Part shown: piece after piece, positions 30,709 to 43,052 of the stretch | Numbering within the stretch: the first letter of the stretch is position 1 | Layout of the letters: each line of letters begins with the position of its first letter | Origin: Gammaproteobacteria bacterium | Lineage (GTDB): Bacteria > Pseudomonadota > Gammaproteobacteria > JBCCGL01 | Assembly (NCBI GenBank): GCA_965277715.1 | Contig: OZ255836.1 | Span: 1,440,001-1,504,000 of the forward strand | DNA length: 64,000 bases | Direction of reading: 5' to 3' | The notes under the pieces: generated by a model | Seen by the model: the letters and a program-made list of their open reading frames with translations, nothing else | Database searches by the model: none | What the model was told of the DNA's origin: nothing | Made by a program: the position numbers and the translations under genes

Positions 30709-33423
30709 CTATACAAGCTTACCGTGGCAGTTTTTATATTTTTTGCCCGAGTCACACCAACAGGGTTCATTACGCCCCAGTTTTGGCTGGTCGCGTACGT
30801 AAGGGGACTGTGCGTCATTCGCCTGCTGACCACCCTGTGTATCATCATTCAACGGGCTTTGCGCCTGTGCATGCTGATACTGCATAGATTGGGCATTTTG
30901 TGCCTGTTCACGCCGTGCGGCCTGCTCAACCTCAGCGGGATCACGCACTTCAACCATCGATACAACACCAATCACATCAAGCTTTATTTGCTCCAGTAGA
31001 TTGGAGAACATCTCGAATGACTCACGCTTGTATTCCTGTTTTGGGTTTTTTTGTGCATAGCCCCGCAAACCGACACTCTGACGCAGGTAATCCATATTAG
31101 CGAGGTGCTCTTTCCACTGAAAATCCAGACGGTTGAGCATGACGTGCTTTTCAAAAAACCGTATGTTTTCGGCACCGGCCAACTGTTCTTTTTGTGCGTG
31201 AACCGCTTCAAGCTGCTCAATTACTTTTTCACGTAGTTGCTCCTCACTCATCTCATCATCGCTATCCAACCACTCCTGCAAGGGCATTAGTTGGCCAAAC
31301 TCCTCTTGTATCGCATCACAGGCGCCCTGGATATCCCAGCTTTCATCCAGTGACCCCGGTGCGATAAACCGGCTGAGGAGGCTGTTAACCACATCGCCAC
31401 GCATCGCGAGAATAATCTCACTGATATCATCGAGTGCCAGCAGTTCATTGCGTTGTTGATAAACAACCTTGCGTTGGTCATTGGCGACATCATCGTATTC
31501 GAGGACTTGCTTGCGCATATCAAAGTTATGCGCCTCCACCTTTCGCTGAGCATTTTCAATGGCCTTGGTCACCCAGGGGTGCTCGATTGCCTCACCTTCT
31601 TCCATGCCCAGTTTTTGCATCAGATTAGAAACGCGTTCAGAGGCAAAAATACGCATCAGGTTATCTTGCAGGGAGAGGTAAAACCGGGATGAACCCGGAT
31701 CACCTTGGCGCCCTGAACGCCCGCGCAATTGATTATCAATACGGCGGGATTCATGCCGCTCGGTGCCAATAATATGCAACCCTCCGGCTTCCAGTACCTG
31801 TTTATGCCGGGCCTCCCAGGCTTGTTTGGTGAGTTCAGTTTTCTCCTCGTCGACTTCACCCAGGGCATTCAATTCCGCTTCAAGGTTACCACCCAACACA
31901 ATATCAGTACCACGGCCTGCCATATTGGTGGCAATGGTAATCGCCCCCGGCAAGCCAGCTTCACTGACAATCTGTGCCTCGCGTTCGTGCTGTTTGGCAT
32001 TGAGTACCTGGTGGTTAATCTTGTGCTTTTTTAACTGTGCGGATAATAACTCGGAGGTTTCAATTGAAGCAGTGCCCACCAGTACAGGCTGCTGCCGCTT
32101 AACACAATCGGCGATATCTTCAACAATGGCGGCAAATTTATCTTCGACCGTCAGGTAAATCAAATCCGCCGAATCAATGCGCACCATTGCCCGGTGGGTG
32201 GGAATGACCACCACCTCCAGCCCATAAATCTGTTGGAACTCAAACGCCTCGGTATCAGCCGTGCCGGTCATACCGGCCAGCTTTTCATAGAGCCGAAAGT
32301 AATTTTGAAATGTAATCGAGGCAACCGTCTGGTTTTCCTGTTGGACGGGGACACCTTCTTTTGCCTCTACCGCCTGGTGCAAACCTTCAGACCAGCGCCG
32401 ACCTGGCATCGTGCGACCGGTAAACTCATCGACAATGACAATTTGGTTGTTGGAGACGATGTAATCCACATCGCGTTGATATATTGCATGCGCACGCAGC
32501 GCCGCGTTGAGGTGGTGCAACAAGCCAATATGCGCAGGATCATACAGGCTATCATGCTGCTCCAGTAACCTTCGCTCCAGCATCAACGCCTCAACACGCT
32601 CGTGCCCTGATTCACTCAATAATACCTGTTTGGCTTTTTCATCCAGTGTGTAATCCCCTTCTCCACCTTCTCCTTCCTGTAATACCAGGCTGGGAATCAG
32701 TGTGTTGATTTGGTTGTAAAGATCGCTGTTATCATTCGTCGGGCCGGAAATAATCAACGGCGTACGCGCTTCATCGATCAGAATTGAATCGACTTCATCG
32801 ACAATGGCAAAATGTAGCCCGCGTTGCACTTTCTCTTCGAGTTGTCTGGCCATGTTATCGCGCAGATAATCGAAACCAAATTCGTTGTTGGTGCCATAGG
32901 TGATATCTGCAGCGTATGCCTGCCTACGCGCTTCGTTATCCAGACCAGAGACGATAATGCCGATGGAAAGCCCCAGGAAATTGTATAAACGCCCCATCCA
33001 CTGTGCATCACGGCGCGCCAAATAGTCGTTGACGGTAACGACGTGCACACCTTTTCCAGTCAGTGCATTCAAATACACTGCCAGGGTAGCCACCAGTGTT
33101 TTTCCCTCACCCGTGCGCATCTCGGCTATTTTGCCTTGATGTAACACCATCCCCCCAATGAGCTGCACATCAAAATGGCGCATCACCAATACGCGTTTTC
33201 CCGCTTCCCTGACAACGGCAAACGCCTCGGGTAAAATATCATCCAGTGTTTTACCATCAGCCAGTTGCTGCTTAAATTGTGCTGTTTTGGCACATAAAGC
33301 GGCGTCATCCAGAGTGGACAGTCCCTGTTCCAGATCGTTTACAACATCAACCCACTTGCGTAGCTGCTTAACAATGCGATCATTGCGGCTGCCAAAAACC
33401 TTTTTGAATAAATTACCGACCAT
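30709..33423 (-). CDS. secA: preprotein translocase ATPase SecA
   Basis: [33 protein letters not shown]-terminal SEC-C motif [13 protein letters not shown]. Confidence 0.98.
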   Translation of the reverse strand: MVGNLFKKVFGSRNDRIVKQLRKWVDVVNDLEQGLSTLDDAALCAKTAQFKQQLADGKTLDDILPEAFAVVREAGKRVLVMRHFDVQLIGGMVLHQGKIAEMRTGEGKTLVATLAVYLNALTGKGVHVVTVNDYLARRDAQWMGRLYNFLGLSIGIIVSGLDNEARRQAYAADITYGTNNEFGFDYLRDNMARQLEEKVQRGLHFAIVDEVDSILIDEARTPLIISGPTNDNSDLYNQINTLIPSLVLQEGEGGEGDYTLDEKAKQVLLSESGHERVEALMLERRLLEQHDSLYDPAHIGLLHHLNAALRAHAIYQRDVDYIVSNNQIVIVDEFTGRTMPGRRWSEGLHQAVEAKEGVPVQQENQTVASITFQNYFRLYEKLAGMTGTADTEAFEFQQIYGLEVVVIPTHRAMVRIDSADLIYLTVEDKFAAIVEDIADCVKRQQPVLVGTASIETSELLSAQLKKHKINHQVLNAKQHEREAQIVSEAGLPGAITIATNMAGRGTDIVLGGNLEAELNALGEVDEEKTELTKQAWEARHKQVLEAGGLHIIGTERHESRRIDNQLRGRSGRQGDPGSSRFYLSLQDNLMRIFASERVSNLMQKLGMEEGEAIEHPWVTKAIENAQRKVEAHNFDMRKQVLEYDDVANDQRKVVYQQRNELLALDDISEIILAMRGDVVNSLLSRFIAPGSLDESWDIQGACDAIQEEFGQLMPLQEWLDSDDEMSEEQLREKVIEQLEAVHAQKEQLAGAENIRFFEKHVMLNRLDFQWKEHLANMDYLRQSVGLRGYAQKNPKQEYKRESFEMFSNLLEQIKLDVIGVVSMVEVRDPAEVEQAARREQAQNAQSMQYQHAQAQSPLNDDTQGGQQANDAQSPYVRDQPKLGRNEPCWCDSGKKYKNCHGKLV

Positions 33424-33550
33424 GCCTTGATTGTTACCCAATATAAAGAAAACCGACCCGCAAGCGGGCGCGTGAAAAAAGTGGGTATGTTACTGCCTGC
33501 AATAGCGCAAAGCTATTACAAGTTAATAGGCGGGGGGAATTTAATCCAGG

Positions 33551-33580
33551 GGTGTTCTCAATCAGGTAATTGAGAACACC
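33551..33580 (-). terminator. 12-bp stem hairpin downstream of msrB
   Basis: GGTGTTCTCAAT-N6-ATTGAGAACACC; no clear U-tract. Confidence 0.55.
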
Positions 33581-33595
33581 TAATATGGTGGTAGC

Positions 33596-33997
33596 TCAGT
33601 CGTCCCGTTGCTCAAAACTCAGCGACGCCGAATTGATGCAATAGCGCAAGCCGGTCGGTTTTGGCCCATCGGGAAACACATGACCCAGATGGGCCTGACA
33701 CTGACTGCAATGTACTTCGGTGCGCACCATACCCAGGCTGCGGTCGGTTTCCTCTACAATATTTTTTTCATCCGCCGGTTGCCAAAAACTCGGCCAGCCA
33801 CTACCAGAATCGTACTTTTGTTGAGAGTCAAACAACACCACGCCACAACAGACGCAGTTATAGCTACCGGTGGCCTTGTTGCTGTTGTACTCTCCACTGA
33901 AGGGTGCTTCAGTGCCTTTTTCCCGGGTGACACGGTACTGCTCACGCGTTAGTTTTTCACGCCAGTTTGAATCTGTGTGGCTCACGTTATACTCCAA
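33596..33997 (-). CDS. msrB: peptide-methionine (R)-S-oxide reductase
   Basis: GTEAPF, CVCC, GWPSF, CSQC, HLGHVF, RYCINS. Confidence 0.96.
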   Translation of the reverse strand: MEYNVSHTDSNWREKLTREQYRVTREKGTEAPFSGEYNSNKATGSYNCVCCGVVLFDSQQKYDSGSGWPSFWQPADEKNIVEETDRSLGMVRTEVHCSQCQAHLGHVFPDGPKPTGLRYCINSASLSFEQRDD

Positions 33998-34076
33998 CTC
34001 GTAGGATAAAAAAACACCACGCTATGATGCCAGTATTAATGCAAGGTTCAATACATACCTGTGACTGCCTGTAACG

Positions 34077-34640
34077 ATGAATAAAAAAGTCTCCAGCGAA
34101 GATCTACAACTTTTTCGTGATGCGATAGGAGAGGTAAAACGCCTCGACGATACAGTTTATAGCTCAGTCAAACCATTACCCCGACCAATTCCACGGCAAC
34201 AACAGCTAGACGATAAGGCGGTTATAGATGAACTGCTCAGTGACCCGAGCCAAAATGAAATACTCGAAACGGGTGAGCATCTGAGTTACCGCAACCACGG
34301 CGTACAGGCGAATGTACTGAAAAAACTGCGGCGCGGCAGTTTTAGTATTCAGGCAGAATTAGACCTGCACGGGCTAACGGTTGAACAGGCACGCGATCAG
34401 GTACGCCACTTCCTACACAGCGCGCTCGATCAAGAACACCGCTGTGTGCGTATCATTCACGGCAAGGGGCGCAAAAACGCCGAGCGCACACCCATATTAA
34501 AACCCATGCTCAACCACTGGCTGCAGCGTAAACGTGAAGTGATAGCCTTCTGCTCAGCCAAACCAGAAGATGGAGGCACCGGTGCCGTTTATGTGCTCCT
34601 GGGTCGAAGCCGTCAGAACCCATCTCACGCGTCAGGATAA
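34077..34640 (+). CDS. Smr domain endonuclease (SmrA/B-like)
   Basis: LDLHG, IIHGKG, GGTGAVYVLL. Confidence 0.9.
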   Translation: MNKKVSSEDLQLFRDAIGEVKRLDDTVYSSVKPLPRPIPRQQQLDDKAVIDELLSDPSQNEILETGEHLSYRNHGVQANVLKKLRRGSFSIQAELDLHGLTVEQARDQVRHFLHSALDQEHRCVRIIHGKGRKNAERTPILKPMLNHWLQRKREVIAFCSAKPEDGGTGAVYVLLGRSRQNPSHASG

Positions 34641-34672
34641 AAACCAATACATGGCTCTATAATATCGCCGAT

Positions 34673-35704
34673 ATGACAACGACAATAACCCAGACAAGGC
34701 AAGCCGATGTAATTACCCCCTATCGTACATTGCTCGATACCGCCAACAAACATTGGCTATCCACTGTCCGGCAGAGCACCATCACCACGGTTGACAATAC
34801 CCTGATTCATTATGCGTGGTTGCACACCGAAAATCCGACCGCCTGCATTGTTATCGCGACCGGCAGAGCAGAGAGTTATCTAAAATATAAAGACCTCGCC
34901 TGGCAACTCAACACAGCCGGTTACTCTGTACTGTTGTACGACCATCGCGGGCAAGGGCTTTCCGGGCGTATGCTGAAAGACCCCCTTAAAGGTTATGTGC
35001 ACACTTTCGATCATTATGTCAGCGACCTGAAACACCTCTACGATACCCAGCTCACACCACAGAAACCCACCAGGAAAATCCTGTTAAGCCATTCGATGGG
35101 GGGAACCATATCAGCGTTATACGCAATAAAATACCCGGAAGATTTCGACGCCCTGGTATTGTCATCACCCATGTTGGGGTTACCCAGTGGGCGCTGGGGA
35201 AAGTATTTGGCAAGTGCTATCGATACTATCGAATCCACACTGTATCGTTGGTTTGGCCGCGAATCAGGGTATGTACCCTGTATTGAACAATACGCCAATA
35301 TTTCCTTTGAAAAAAATAACCTCACGCATAGCCATGAGCGATATGAAAATATGGCAACACTGGCAAGAGAAACCCCCGGCATTGCACTCGGTAACCCAAC
35401 GATTCACTGGGTACATGAAGCCTACCGCGCTTTTGATGCGATCTTTGCCGACCTAATGGCAATATCATCCCCCGTTTTACTCCTGCAAGCCTGTGCCGAC
35501 AAGGTCGTTTGCAATAGCGCACAAAACACCCTCCACACACAACTCAGGTCAGCGAGTAACATGCATAAGCTCGTATCAATCGAGGGCGCCAGACATGAGT
35601 TATTAAACGAAACAGCGCCGTTTCGGGATATCGCTGTCGATAGCATACTCACGTTTATTGCCGCTATTTGTAAGAACACTAAAGACTACTCTGCTCACGG
35701 GTAG
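34673..35704 (+). CDS. pldB: lysophospholipase L2-like alpha/beta hydrolase
   Basis: [34 protein letters not shown]. Confidence 0.8.
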   Translation: MTTTITQTRQADVITPYRTLLDTANKHWLSTVRQSTITTVDNTLIHYAWLHTENPTACIVIATGRAESYLKYKDLAWQLNTAGYSVLLYDHRGQGLSGRMLKDPLKGYVHTFDHYVSDLKHLYDTQLTPQKPTRKILLSHSMGGTISALYAIKYPEDFDALVLSSPMLGLPSGRWGKYLASAIDTIESTLYRWFGRESGYVPCIEQYANISFEKNNLTHSHERYENMATLARETPGIALGNPTIHWVHEAYRAFDAIFADLMAISSPVLLLQACADKVVCNSAQNTLHTQLRSASNMHKLVSIEGARHELLNETAPFRDIAVDSILTFIAAICKNTKDYSAHG

Positions 35705-37271
35705 CAAGAAATTCAACGGTTGGCCAACGCTCCTGTGTCATTTGTAAATTAACCCGTGTCGGCGCCAAATAAACCAGCGCACCTGCGTGATCAAGCGACA
35801 GATTTCCCGCCAGTTTCTCGCTAAACTCTCTATGCTTTTTGTCCTCATCACAACGCACCCAACGCGCTGTCTGCACATTGACTGCCTCAAACTGGCAATC
35901 GACGCTATACTCATCCCGCAAGCGCTGCGCAACCACATCAAACTGCAATATACCGACCGCCCCAAGAATCAAATCGTTGTTGGTTTTGGGTCGAAATAAC
36001 TGTGTCGCCCCCTCTTCACACAATTGCTCCAGGCCCTTGTGCAACTGTTTCATTTTCAAAGGGTCTTTTAATCGCGCCCGGCGAAAAAGTTCTGGGGCAA
36101 AGTTGGGAATACCGGTAAAAGTCAACGCTTCATTGGTGGTAAACGTATCGCCAATACTAATACTACCGTGATTGTGCAAACCGATAATATCACCACTGTA
36201 AGCCTGGTCGACATGGCCGCGCTCGGCGGCGAGAAACGTTAGTGCATCGCCAATTTTAATGTCTTTTTTCAGGCGCGTATGGCGTACTTTCATACCTCGT
36301 TGGTAACTACCTGAACAAATGCGCAAAAAGGCAATCCGGTCGCGGTGTTGTGGGTCCATATTGGCCTGAATTTTAAATACAAAACCAGTGAACTTTTCCT
36401 CATCGGGCTGTACCGTGCGGGTCAGTGTATTACGCATTTGTGGTGCAGGTGCGTGTTCGACAAAATCATCGAGCAACTCTGCAACACCAAAGTTATTGAT
36501 CGCTGAACCAAAGAAAACCGGTGTCAATTCACCACGTAGATAGGCTTGTTTATCGAACGCATTACTGGCACCTTTCACCAGTTCAATTTCCTCGCGTAGT
36601 TCCTCCGCTTGTGGGCCAAGTAACGTATCCAGTTGAGGATTGTCCAACCCCGTTATCACATCACCGCTTTGCATTTTTCCGCCATGTGTTGGACTGAAAA
36701 AATGGACAGTTTCATTAACCAGATGATAAACACCTTTAAAGCGTTTACCCATACCCACTGGCCAGGTGATTGGGGCACAGCGAATACCCAGCCTGTCTTC
36801 TACTTCATCTAACAAATCAATTGGGTCACGCCCTTCGCGGTCGAGTTTATTGATAAACGTCATGACGGGTGTATCACGTAATCGACAGACCTCCATCAGT
36901 TTTTCAGTGCGTGGTTCAACGCCTTTGGCAACATCGATCACCATCAACGCCGAGTCGACGGCTGTCAGCGTACGGTAAGTATCCTCTGAAAAGTCTTCAT
37001 GGCCTGGGGTATCCAGCAAATTAACCATACACTCCTTGTAGGGAAACTGCATCACCGATGAAGTCACCGAAATGCCACGCTCTTTTTCCATCGACATCCA
37101 ATCCGAGGTTGCATGGCGCGCCGCTTTGCGACCCTTAACTGTGCCCGCCAGCTGAATAGCACCACCAAATAACAGCAGCTTTTCAGTTAATGTGGTTTTT
37201 CCCGCATCTGGGTGCGAGATAATTGCAAAAGTCCTACGTCTTTGAATTTGTTTAAGAAAATATTGATTCAC
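35679..37271 (-). CDS. prfC: peptide chain release factor 3
   Basis: [34 protein letters not shown]. Confidence 0.97.
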   Translation of the reverse strand: MNQYFLKQIQRRRTFAIISHPDAGKTTLTEKLLLFGGAIQLAGTVKGRKAARHATSDWMSMEKERGISVTSSVMQFPYKECMVNLLDTPGHEDFSEDTYRTLTAVDSALMVIDVAKGVEPRTEKLMEVCRLRDTPVMTFINKLDREGRDPIDLLDEVEDRLGIRCAPITWPVGMGKRFKGVYHLVNETVHFFSPTHGGKMQSGDVITGLDNPQLDTLLGPQAEELREEIELVKGASNAFDKQAYLRGELTPVFFGSAINNFGVAELLDDFVEHAPAPQMRNTLTRTVQPDEEKFTGFVFKIQANMDPQHRDRIAFLRICSGSYQRGMKVRHTRLKKDIKIGDALTFLAAERGHVDQAYSGDIIGLHNHGSISIGDTFTTNEALTFTGIPNFAPELFRRARLKDPLKMKQLHKGLEQLCEEGATQLFRPKTNNDLILGAVGILQFDVVAQRLRDEYSVDCQFEAVNVQTARWVRCDEDKKHREFSEKLAGNLSLDHAGALVYLAPTRVNLQMTQERWPTVEFLATREQSSL

Positions 37272-37389
37272 TCAGTATAAATCCTGTTTTTGTGCACAAA
37301 TTTGTACACACGTCTAAAAGTACTTTGATAAAAAGCGGCACTATAAACTGCAGATGGAGTAATTGATATATTCTTTACGCTGCCGCCAC

Positions 37390-37635
37390 CATTTCAGCGG
37401 CCCTCCCAAACCAGCAGGAACCATCCGAATCACTTGCCACCAACCACGCCAACTGAGTGAAGAAGCGCGTTCAGTGGTATTGAATACGCTCAATAGCCAT
37501 GAGTTCTATGATCAACCACCGGCGCAGGTTTATCATACTCTGCTGAGTCACCGCATTTACCTCTGTTCGATCAGTACAATGCACCGCCTATTGCGTCATT
37601 CAGATCAGTCCGGGGAACGCCGGGGACAGCGTGCT
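37390..37635 (+). pseudogene. IS3-family orfB fragment
   Basis: PRQLSEEAR..LNSHEFYDQPPAQVY..YLCSISTMHRLLR; no DDE core follows. Confidence 0.75.
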
Positions 37636-37925
37636 CGGCAATCTCCGCTTCGCTCATCAATGCCATCTGAGTCACGGCTGTAAACTTGTCTTTTGAACGC
37701 CATCCTTCCGGTGTCGCATCAGCGTCAGGGAGCAACCTACCCGCATTTCTTGCCTGTTGACGCCAGTTATACAACGTCGCTTCCGCCATCCCTCCTGACT
37801 TTGACAAGGCCGCTATTGTCTGATTATTCGGTAGTAGCATCTTGCTCAATACCACTTCTTTTCGTGCGAGGGAATAGCCCACCATTATTCTCTTTTCCGC
37901 CCCTTATTCATTTTGGAAGTTGGGT
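37636..37925 (-). pseudogene. IS3-family orfA fragment
   Basis: GYSLARKEVVLSKMLLPNNQTI..WRSKDKF, paralogous to the orfA at 63067. Confidence 0.8.
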
Positions 37926-37934
37926 ATGACGCAT

Positions 37935-38710
37935 GTAAACCTATTGGTTCTTTCCATTGACTGGCACAATGTAGCGGTTCCCCTATTTTAGACAAAGCGG
38001 GAAACAGCCATACTCAGGAGCGGACTGATCGGGTTAATCGTTATTTGACTGTTTTTCCTGTACAGACGATCAGTGCCTTATTGGCTGACCGTGAATTTCG
38101 AGGTAAAGAATGGATTATGTATTTGAAAAAGAAGAATATTCCGTTTTCTATCCGTATTCCTAACAATACTCAGGTCAGGACAAAAAAAGGCAAAAAAGTG
38201 AAGGCATCAGCGCTATTTTTGCTGGGTGTAGAACAAACCTGTGCATTGACAGACGCTCGATCTGTTTGGGGAGAGAGCGTCTATTTATCGTGTTTTCGTT
38301 CTCATCAGGAGCATGTGATTATTGCGAGCGATAGGTGCGCCCATAATGCATTAGTTGAGTATCAACAGCGCTGGCAAATAGAGCGTTTATTCCAGACATT
38401 AAAAGGTCGAGGGTTCGATATGGAAAAGACACATTTAACGAAACCTGATAGGGTTGAAAAACTACTGGTATTGGTGAGTTTAACATTTTGTTGGTGTTAT
38501 CAGATTGGCCATGAACAGCAAAAAACCACACCCATCAAAAAGAAAAATCATGACCATCCTAGTAAAAGTGTTTTTCGGTTAGGATTGGAAACAGTTTCCC
38601 GGGTTGTTTTGAACATAGGGGAACAGCAGTTGCAGTAGCAAATACTGCTTCAACCTTTTAGACAATTAAAAACCGACCTCTTATTGTTATAATAGTTGTC
38701 CTATACAGAG
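37935..38710 (+). mobile_element. IS4-family (ISAba1-like) remnant: 3' part of transposase + right IR
   Basis: LLADREFRG, YQQRWQIERLFQTLKGRGF (Y-R-E-K motif); terminal sequence reads CTCTGTATAGGACAA on the - strand. Confidence 0.8.
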
Positions 38711-39263
38711 TGCAAAACCTTATTTTTTTCAATTTCTGCCTTAACGTTCCAAGGTAATAGTGCCTCCCATTTATCAACCGTGTCGGCATACGGTAGCTTG
38801 GGGAGAATATGGCAATAATAGACATAAGGTTCAATACCATTGGCCTTGCAGGTTTCCACCAGACTGTGATGGTTTGCGCTGGCATGCCTCCCTTTCATTA
38901 CGATGCTTAGATGCTTTTCCAACCACACCTGAGATCGGTTAATAGAAGCACAGCGATGGCTTGCCGCTGTCGGTATTTTTCCATCGGTGTGGCGTCTTTG
39001 ATCTGTCGTTCCAGTCGATACAGAGCATTGATTTTTCCGAAGGCAATATCCGTCTTGCTCACTTTAATGGCTTTATCTTTGGGTTGGGCTTTTTGCACCT
39101 CAACAAATTTACGACGCGCATGATCGAAACAACTTAGCTGTTTGAGTCCGCGTCGCTGCCAGATAGCATCATAGCTGCTCAAACCGTCGCATTGAAGGTA
39201 ACCTTCGAACCCCGCCAATAGACGGGCAGGTATCTCTTGACCCTGTGAAGATGCTGCTGCCAA
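38711..39263 (-). pseudogene. IS66-family transposase fragments
   Basis: GYLQCDG, CFDHARRKF, SLVETCKANGIEPY..LLPWN; split across frames with deletions. Confidence 0.85.
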
Positions 39264-39465
39264 AAAGCTTGCTTACCTGGTTGACCGATCAAACGGTATT
39301 ATTGATGAGTTATACGTCTATATATTGGCGCTTACGTATAACTGAAGAGGAGGCATATAACGTATGCTGCACAACGCTAAAAATAAGAGGATAAATAGAC
39401 GCTTTTTTAAGCAGTGCTGTCATGCTAATGTAATGTAACTGACACAAAGCATATGAGTATCTGCA

Positions 39466-40254
39466 ATGCCCTGTAACGATAATACTATATTGATAGAAAA
39501 CCTGCCATTTGACACCGATACAGGCATTGCCTATCGCGCTAAAATCGGCCTTATCGTACTCGCAACCGATTACACAATAGAGCACGAGTGGCGTCAGGTT
39601 TTTTCCCAGACAGATGGTGTAGCGCTCTACCAAAGCAGAATATTTAACGAGAATAAAATTTCGCCTGAAAGTCTTCGGGCTATGGAACCCCGCATTGTGG
39701 AATGTGCCAATATTATTACCCCGGATACGCCACTGGATGTGGTGGCTTATGGTTGCACATCCGCATCAATGGCGATTGGCGAGCAACAGGTATTTGCGAA
39801 TATCAGAAAAGCAAAACCCGACGTTCAATGCACTACACCAATTACCGCCGCCTTCGCCGCATTTAACGCTTTCAAGGCAAAACGCATTGGTGTCTTGACA
39901 CCTTACACCGCTGAAGTGAATAAGATTGTCGCCGAGTACATTACTGCACGTGGGTTTCAGGTACCTGTATTTGGATCATTCAATGAAAGCCTGGACACAA
40001 CGGTATCACGCATTACCCCGCAATCGATTGAGCGCGGTGTGCGGCGTATTATCCAGGATGCAGCGGTTGATGCAATTTTTGTCTCGTGCACATCAGTGCG
40101 TTTGCTTGAAGCCTGCGCCGCATTGGAGAGCAGCCTGAGAATACCATTAACCTCATCTAATCATGCAATGGCCTGGCACTCATTGCGGCTCGCCGGTGTT
40201 GAGGATTCACTGACACAATTTGGCTCATTGTATAGTTTGCCGCTACCAGACTAA
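39466..40254 (+). CDS. Asp/Glu racemase / maleate cis-trans isomerase family protein
   Basis: IGLIVLATD, YGCTS and VSCTS paired catalytic Cys, LTPY, SSNHA. Confidence 0.88.
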   Translation: MPCNDNTILIENLPFDTDTGIAYRAKIGLIVLATDYTIEHEWRQVFSQTDGVALYQSRIFNENKISPESLRAMEPRIVECANIITPDTPLDVVAYGCTSASMAIGEQQVFANIRKAKPDVQCTTPITAAFAAFNAFKAKRIGVLTPYTAEVNKIVAEYITARGFQVPVFGSFNESLDTTVSRITPQSIERGVRRIIQDAAVDAIFVSCTSVRLLEACAALESSLRIPLTSSNHAMAWHSLRLAGVEDSLTQFGSLYSLPLPD

Positions 40255-40282
40255 GCGTTAAATCTAAAAGCGTAACGGCTCC

Positions 40283-42112
40283 CTACGGCTCTGTTTGTTG
40301 TAACTGATTAAGTGTTAAATGGCAGGCAATTTGATGCTCGTCATCCAATGTCAGTACCGGCGGTACTGTTGTATCACAAGTGCCTTCAATTGCATGAGGG
40401 CAACGATTAAAAAACGGACAGCCAACGTCGGTAATTTCCACTCCACGTGCAATACCTGCAGCCATTTCGCGTTTTTCCATCGTATCTTCAAGCCACCCCA
40501 GGCGCAACTCAGGCACCGAACTGATCAATAAACGCGTGTAGGGGTGATACGGTGGTGTCAGCACTTCGTCTGTGGGACCCTGCTCTACAACGCGACCCGC
40601 ATAAAGTACGACAATTTCATCGGCAAACGATGATACAGTTGATAAATCATGGCTAATAAAAACAAACGATACACCGGTTTTATCGCGCAACGCTGTCAGT
40701 AATTTGATCACGTTGGCACCGACGATACTATCCAGCGCTGAAGTCACTTCATCGCAGAGCATCACTTCAGGTGATGCCGCCAGTGACCGGGCCAGGTTGA
40801 TGCGTTGTTTCTGACCACCAGACAGTTCACCTGGAAAGCGGCTGGCAAACTCGGCGGGCAGTTCGACCATTTCGAGAATTTCATTGACCCTCTGTTGTTT
40901 CTCCCTCCCTGTAATACCTTGATAAAACTCCAGTGGCCGACCAATAATATCACCGATCTGTTGTTTGGGGTTTAGAGCAGTATCCGCCATTTGAAACACA
41001 AACTGCACCTTGCGCAACTCATCCAGTTTGCGATCATGCAGATCACCTTGCAGTATCTCACCGTCCAGCTCGACATCACCCTTTGCCTGCGGTAACAAAC
41101 CGGCCATTACCCGCGCCAGGGTGGACTTGCCACACCCCGATTCACCAATGACGCCAACCACATGACCATTTTTTACCTTGACATCAATATCCCGCAATAC
41201 AGGTACAGCGGGTATCCCATTAACAACTTTGCCATAACCCGCCGTCATGTTTTTAACGTGAAGATTAGCCACATCGCGGTCGTGATCACCACTCACTTCA
41301 ACGCCTTGCCCCGCCATGGGTTTAGGCCTTACCGCTTCCATCAATCGGCGGGTATAAGCATGGCTGGGATTGTTAATAATCTGGTCAGCCGTGCCCTGCT
41401 CCATAATTTCACCGCCGTATAAAACGACAATGTAGTCGGCAACCTGGGCAACCACTGCCAGATCATGGGTAACATAAATCGCCGCTGAGTTTTCCTCTTT
41501 TATGACTTTTTTAAAGGCTTTTAAGACTTCGATTTGAGTAGTGACATCCAACGCTGTCGTCGGCTCGTCCAATACCATTAAGTCAGGGTTACCACACAGC
41601 GCCATCGCTGCCATCAGGCGTTGCAACTGACCGCCCGACACCTGGTGTGGATAGCGATAGCCAATGCGATCCGGATCAGGTAACTCCAATGCATGGTATA
41701 GCGCCTCAGCGCGCTCGGTCGCCTGTTCCTGAGTCAATATACCGTGCAGTACAGCCGATTCGGTCACTTGCTCGCCAATGGTAATTGCCGGGTTGAATGT
41801 CGCCGCTGCACTCTGTGCGAGGTAGGCTACTTTGGCGCCACGAATCTCTCGTTGGCGCAGTGGGTCAGCGGTCAGTACATCCTCACCATTTAATACCATT
41901 TCACCACCCGCGAAGTGCAGACCCGGCTTGGTATACGCCAGCGACGCCAGTGAAATAGTTGTTTTACCAGAGCCAGACTCACCAATCAATGCAACTACTT
42001 CGCCCTTGTGAATATCAAAACTAACGCCTTTGACGATGGGGATTTCGATACCGTCATCGCTAGTGGCACTAATTCTTAACGCTTTTACTTCGAGTAATTT
42101 TTCTTTTTCCAT
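40283..42112 (-). CDS. Dpp/Opp-type ABC transporter, fused double ATPase
   Basis: GESGSGKT/SGGQLQR and GESGCGKST/LSGGQKQR; HPYTR; C-terminal Cys cluster. Confidence 0.92.
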   Translation of the reverse strand: MEKEKLLEVKALRISATSDDGIEIPIVKGVSFDIHKGEVVALIGESGSGKTTISLASLAYTKPGLHFAGGEMVLNGEDVLTADPLRQREIRGAKVAYLAQSAAATFNPAITIGEQVTESAVLHGILTQEQATERAEALYHALELPDPDRIGYRYPHQVSGGQLQRLMAAMALCGNPDLMVLDEPTTALDVTTQIEVLKAFKKVIKEENSAAIYVTHDLAVVAQVADYIVVLYGGEIMEQGTADQIINNPSHAYTRRLMEAVRPKPMAGQGVEVSGDHDRDVANLHVKNMTAGYGKVVNGIPAVPVLRDIDVKVKNGHVVGVIGESGCGKSTLARVMAGLLPQAKGDVELDGEILQGDLHDRKLDELRKVQFVFQMADTALNPKQQIGDIIGRPLEFYQGITGREKQQRVNEILEMVELPAEFASRFPGELSGGQKQRINLARSLAASPEVMLCDEVTSALDSIVGANVIKLLTALRDKTGVSFVFISHDLSTVSSFADEIVVLYAGRVVEQGPTDEVLTPPYHPYTRLLISSVPELRLGWLEDTMEKREMAAGIARGVEITDVGCPFFNRCPHAIEGTCDTTVPPVLTLDDEHQIACHLTLNQLQQTEP

Positions 42113-42116
42113 CGTT

Positions 42117-43043
42117 CTATACCATTTTCTTAGCGAGACTACCGCCAGATTTAGCGGAAACATCGTCTACTATCAGGTTAATCGAGATGGTAAATGTTGC
42201 AATGGCAAGCGCAGGCCAGATAGCCGCATAGGAACCATAGGTCAACCCTTGAAGGTTTTCCCTCACCATGCTGCCCCAATCAGATGCAGGTGGTTGAATA
42301 CCAAGCCCCAAAAAACTCAGGCTCGAAATAAACAACACCACAAATACTAGGCGCAACCCAAAGTCGGTAGCCAGTGGCATGGCGGCATTGGGCAGTACTT
42401 CAGATTTAATGATCCACCAGACCCCCTCCCCCCGCGCTCTGGCGGCTTCGACGAAGTCCTGTACCATGATATCCTGCCCTAAAGCACGGGCTATTCTGAA
42501 TACGCTGGTTGCGTAGATAATCGCCGCTGTGCCAATCAGAATGGGTATAGATGACCCTAACGCAGCGATAACAATAAGACCCAACATGATAGTCGGCAGC
42601 GCCAGGATCGCGTCATTCACCCGGCTTATTAGCATATCGATCCAGCCACCTTTAACCGCCGCCAAAATCCCCAGTGTGATACCAATCAGGTAAGCCAGCA
42701 ATGTAGACAGCAGCGCTATTCCAATTGTGTTTCTGGCGCCAAAGATAATGCGCGATAACGTATCTCTACCCAGATAGTCAGTGCCCAGGTAGAAGTCACC
42801 GTAAGCATCCAAAAAACCATCATCACCCTCCATATCCATTTCGTGATAGGGGGCAATATAAGGCCCTATAACAACGATAATCATCCAGAATATCACTACG
42901 ATAGCAGCACACTGGCCCACCCAGGAGAGTTTTATCCGCCTTTTTGGTGGTGCATCGGGCAATTCATCAAATGTATCCAGCTTACTAAGAATGGCCTGCT
43001 CTTTATCCAGGACTTCTTCGCTGGTGTTATTTTCTTCTGTCAT
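42117..43043 (-). CDS. Dpp/Opp-type ABC permease (DppC-like)
   Basis: LGTDYLGRD, FVEAARARGE, LSFLGLGIQPP. Confidence 0.92.
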   Translation of the reverse strand: MTEENNTSEEVLDKEQAILSKLDTFDELPDAPPKRRIKLSWVGQCAAIVVIFWMIIVVIGPYIAPYHEMDMEGDDGFLDAYGDFYLGTDYLGRDTLSRIIFGARNTIGIALLSTLLAYLIGITLGILAAVKGGWIDMLISRVNDAILALPTIMLGLIVIAALGSSIPILIGTAAIIYATSVFRIARALGQDIMVQDFVEAARARGEGVWWIIKSEVLPNAAMPLATDFGLRLVFVVLFISSLSFLGLGIQPPASDWGSMVRENLQGLTYGSYAAIWPALAIATFTISINLIVDDVSAKSGGSLAKKMV

Positions 43044-43052
43044 GGTGCCACC

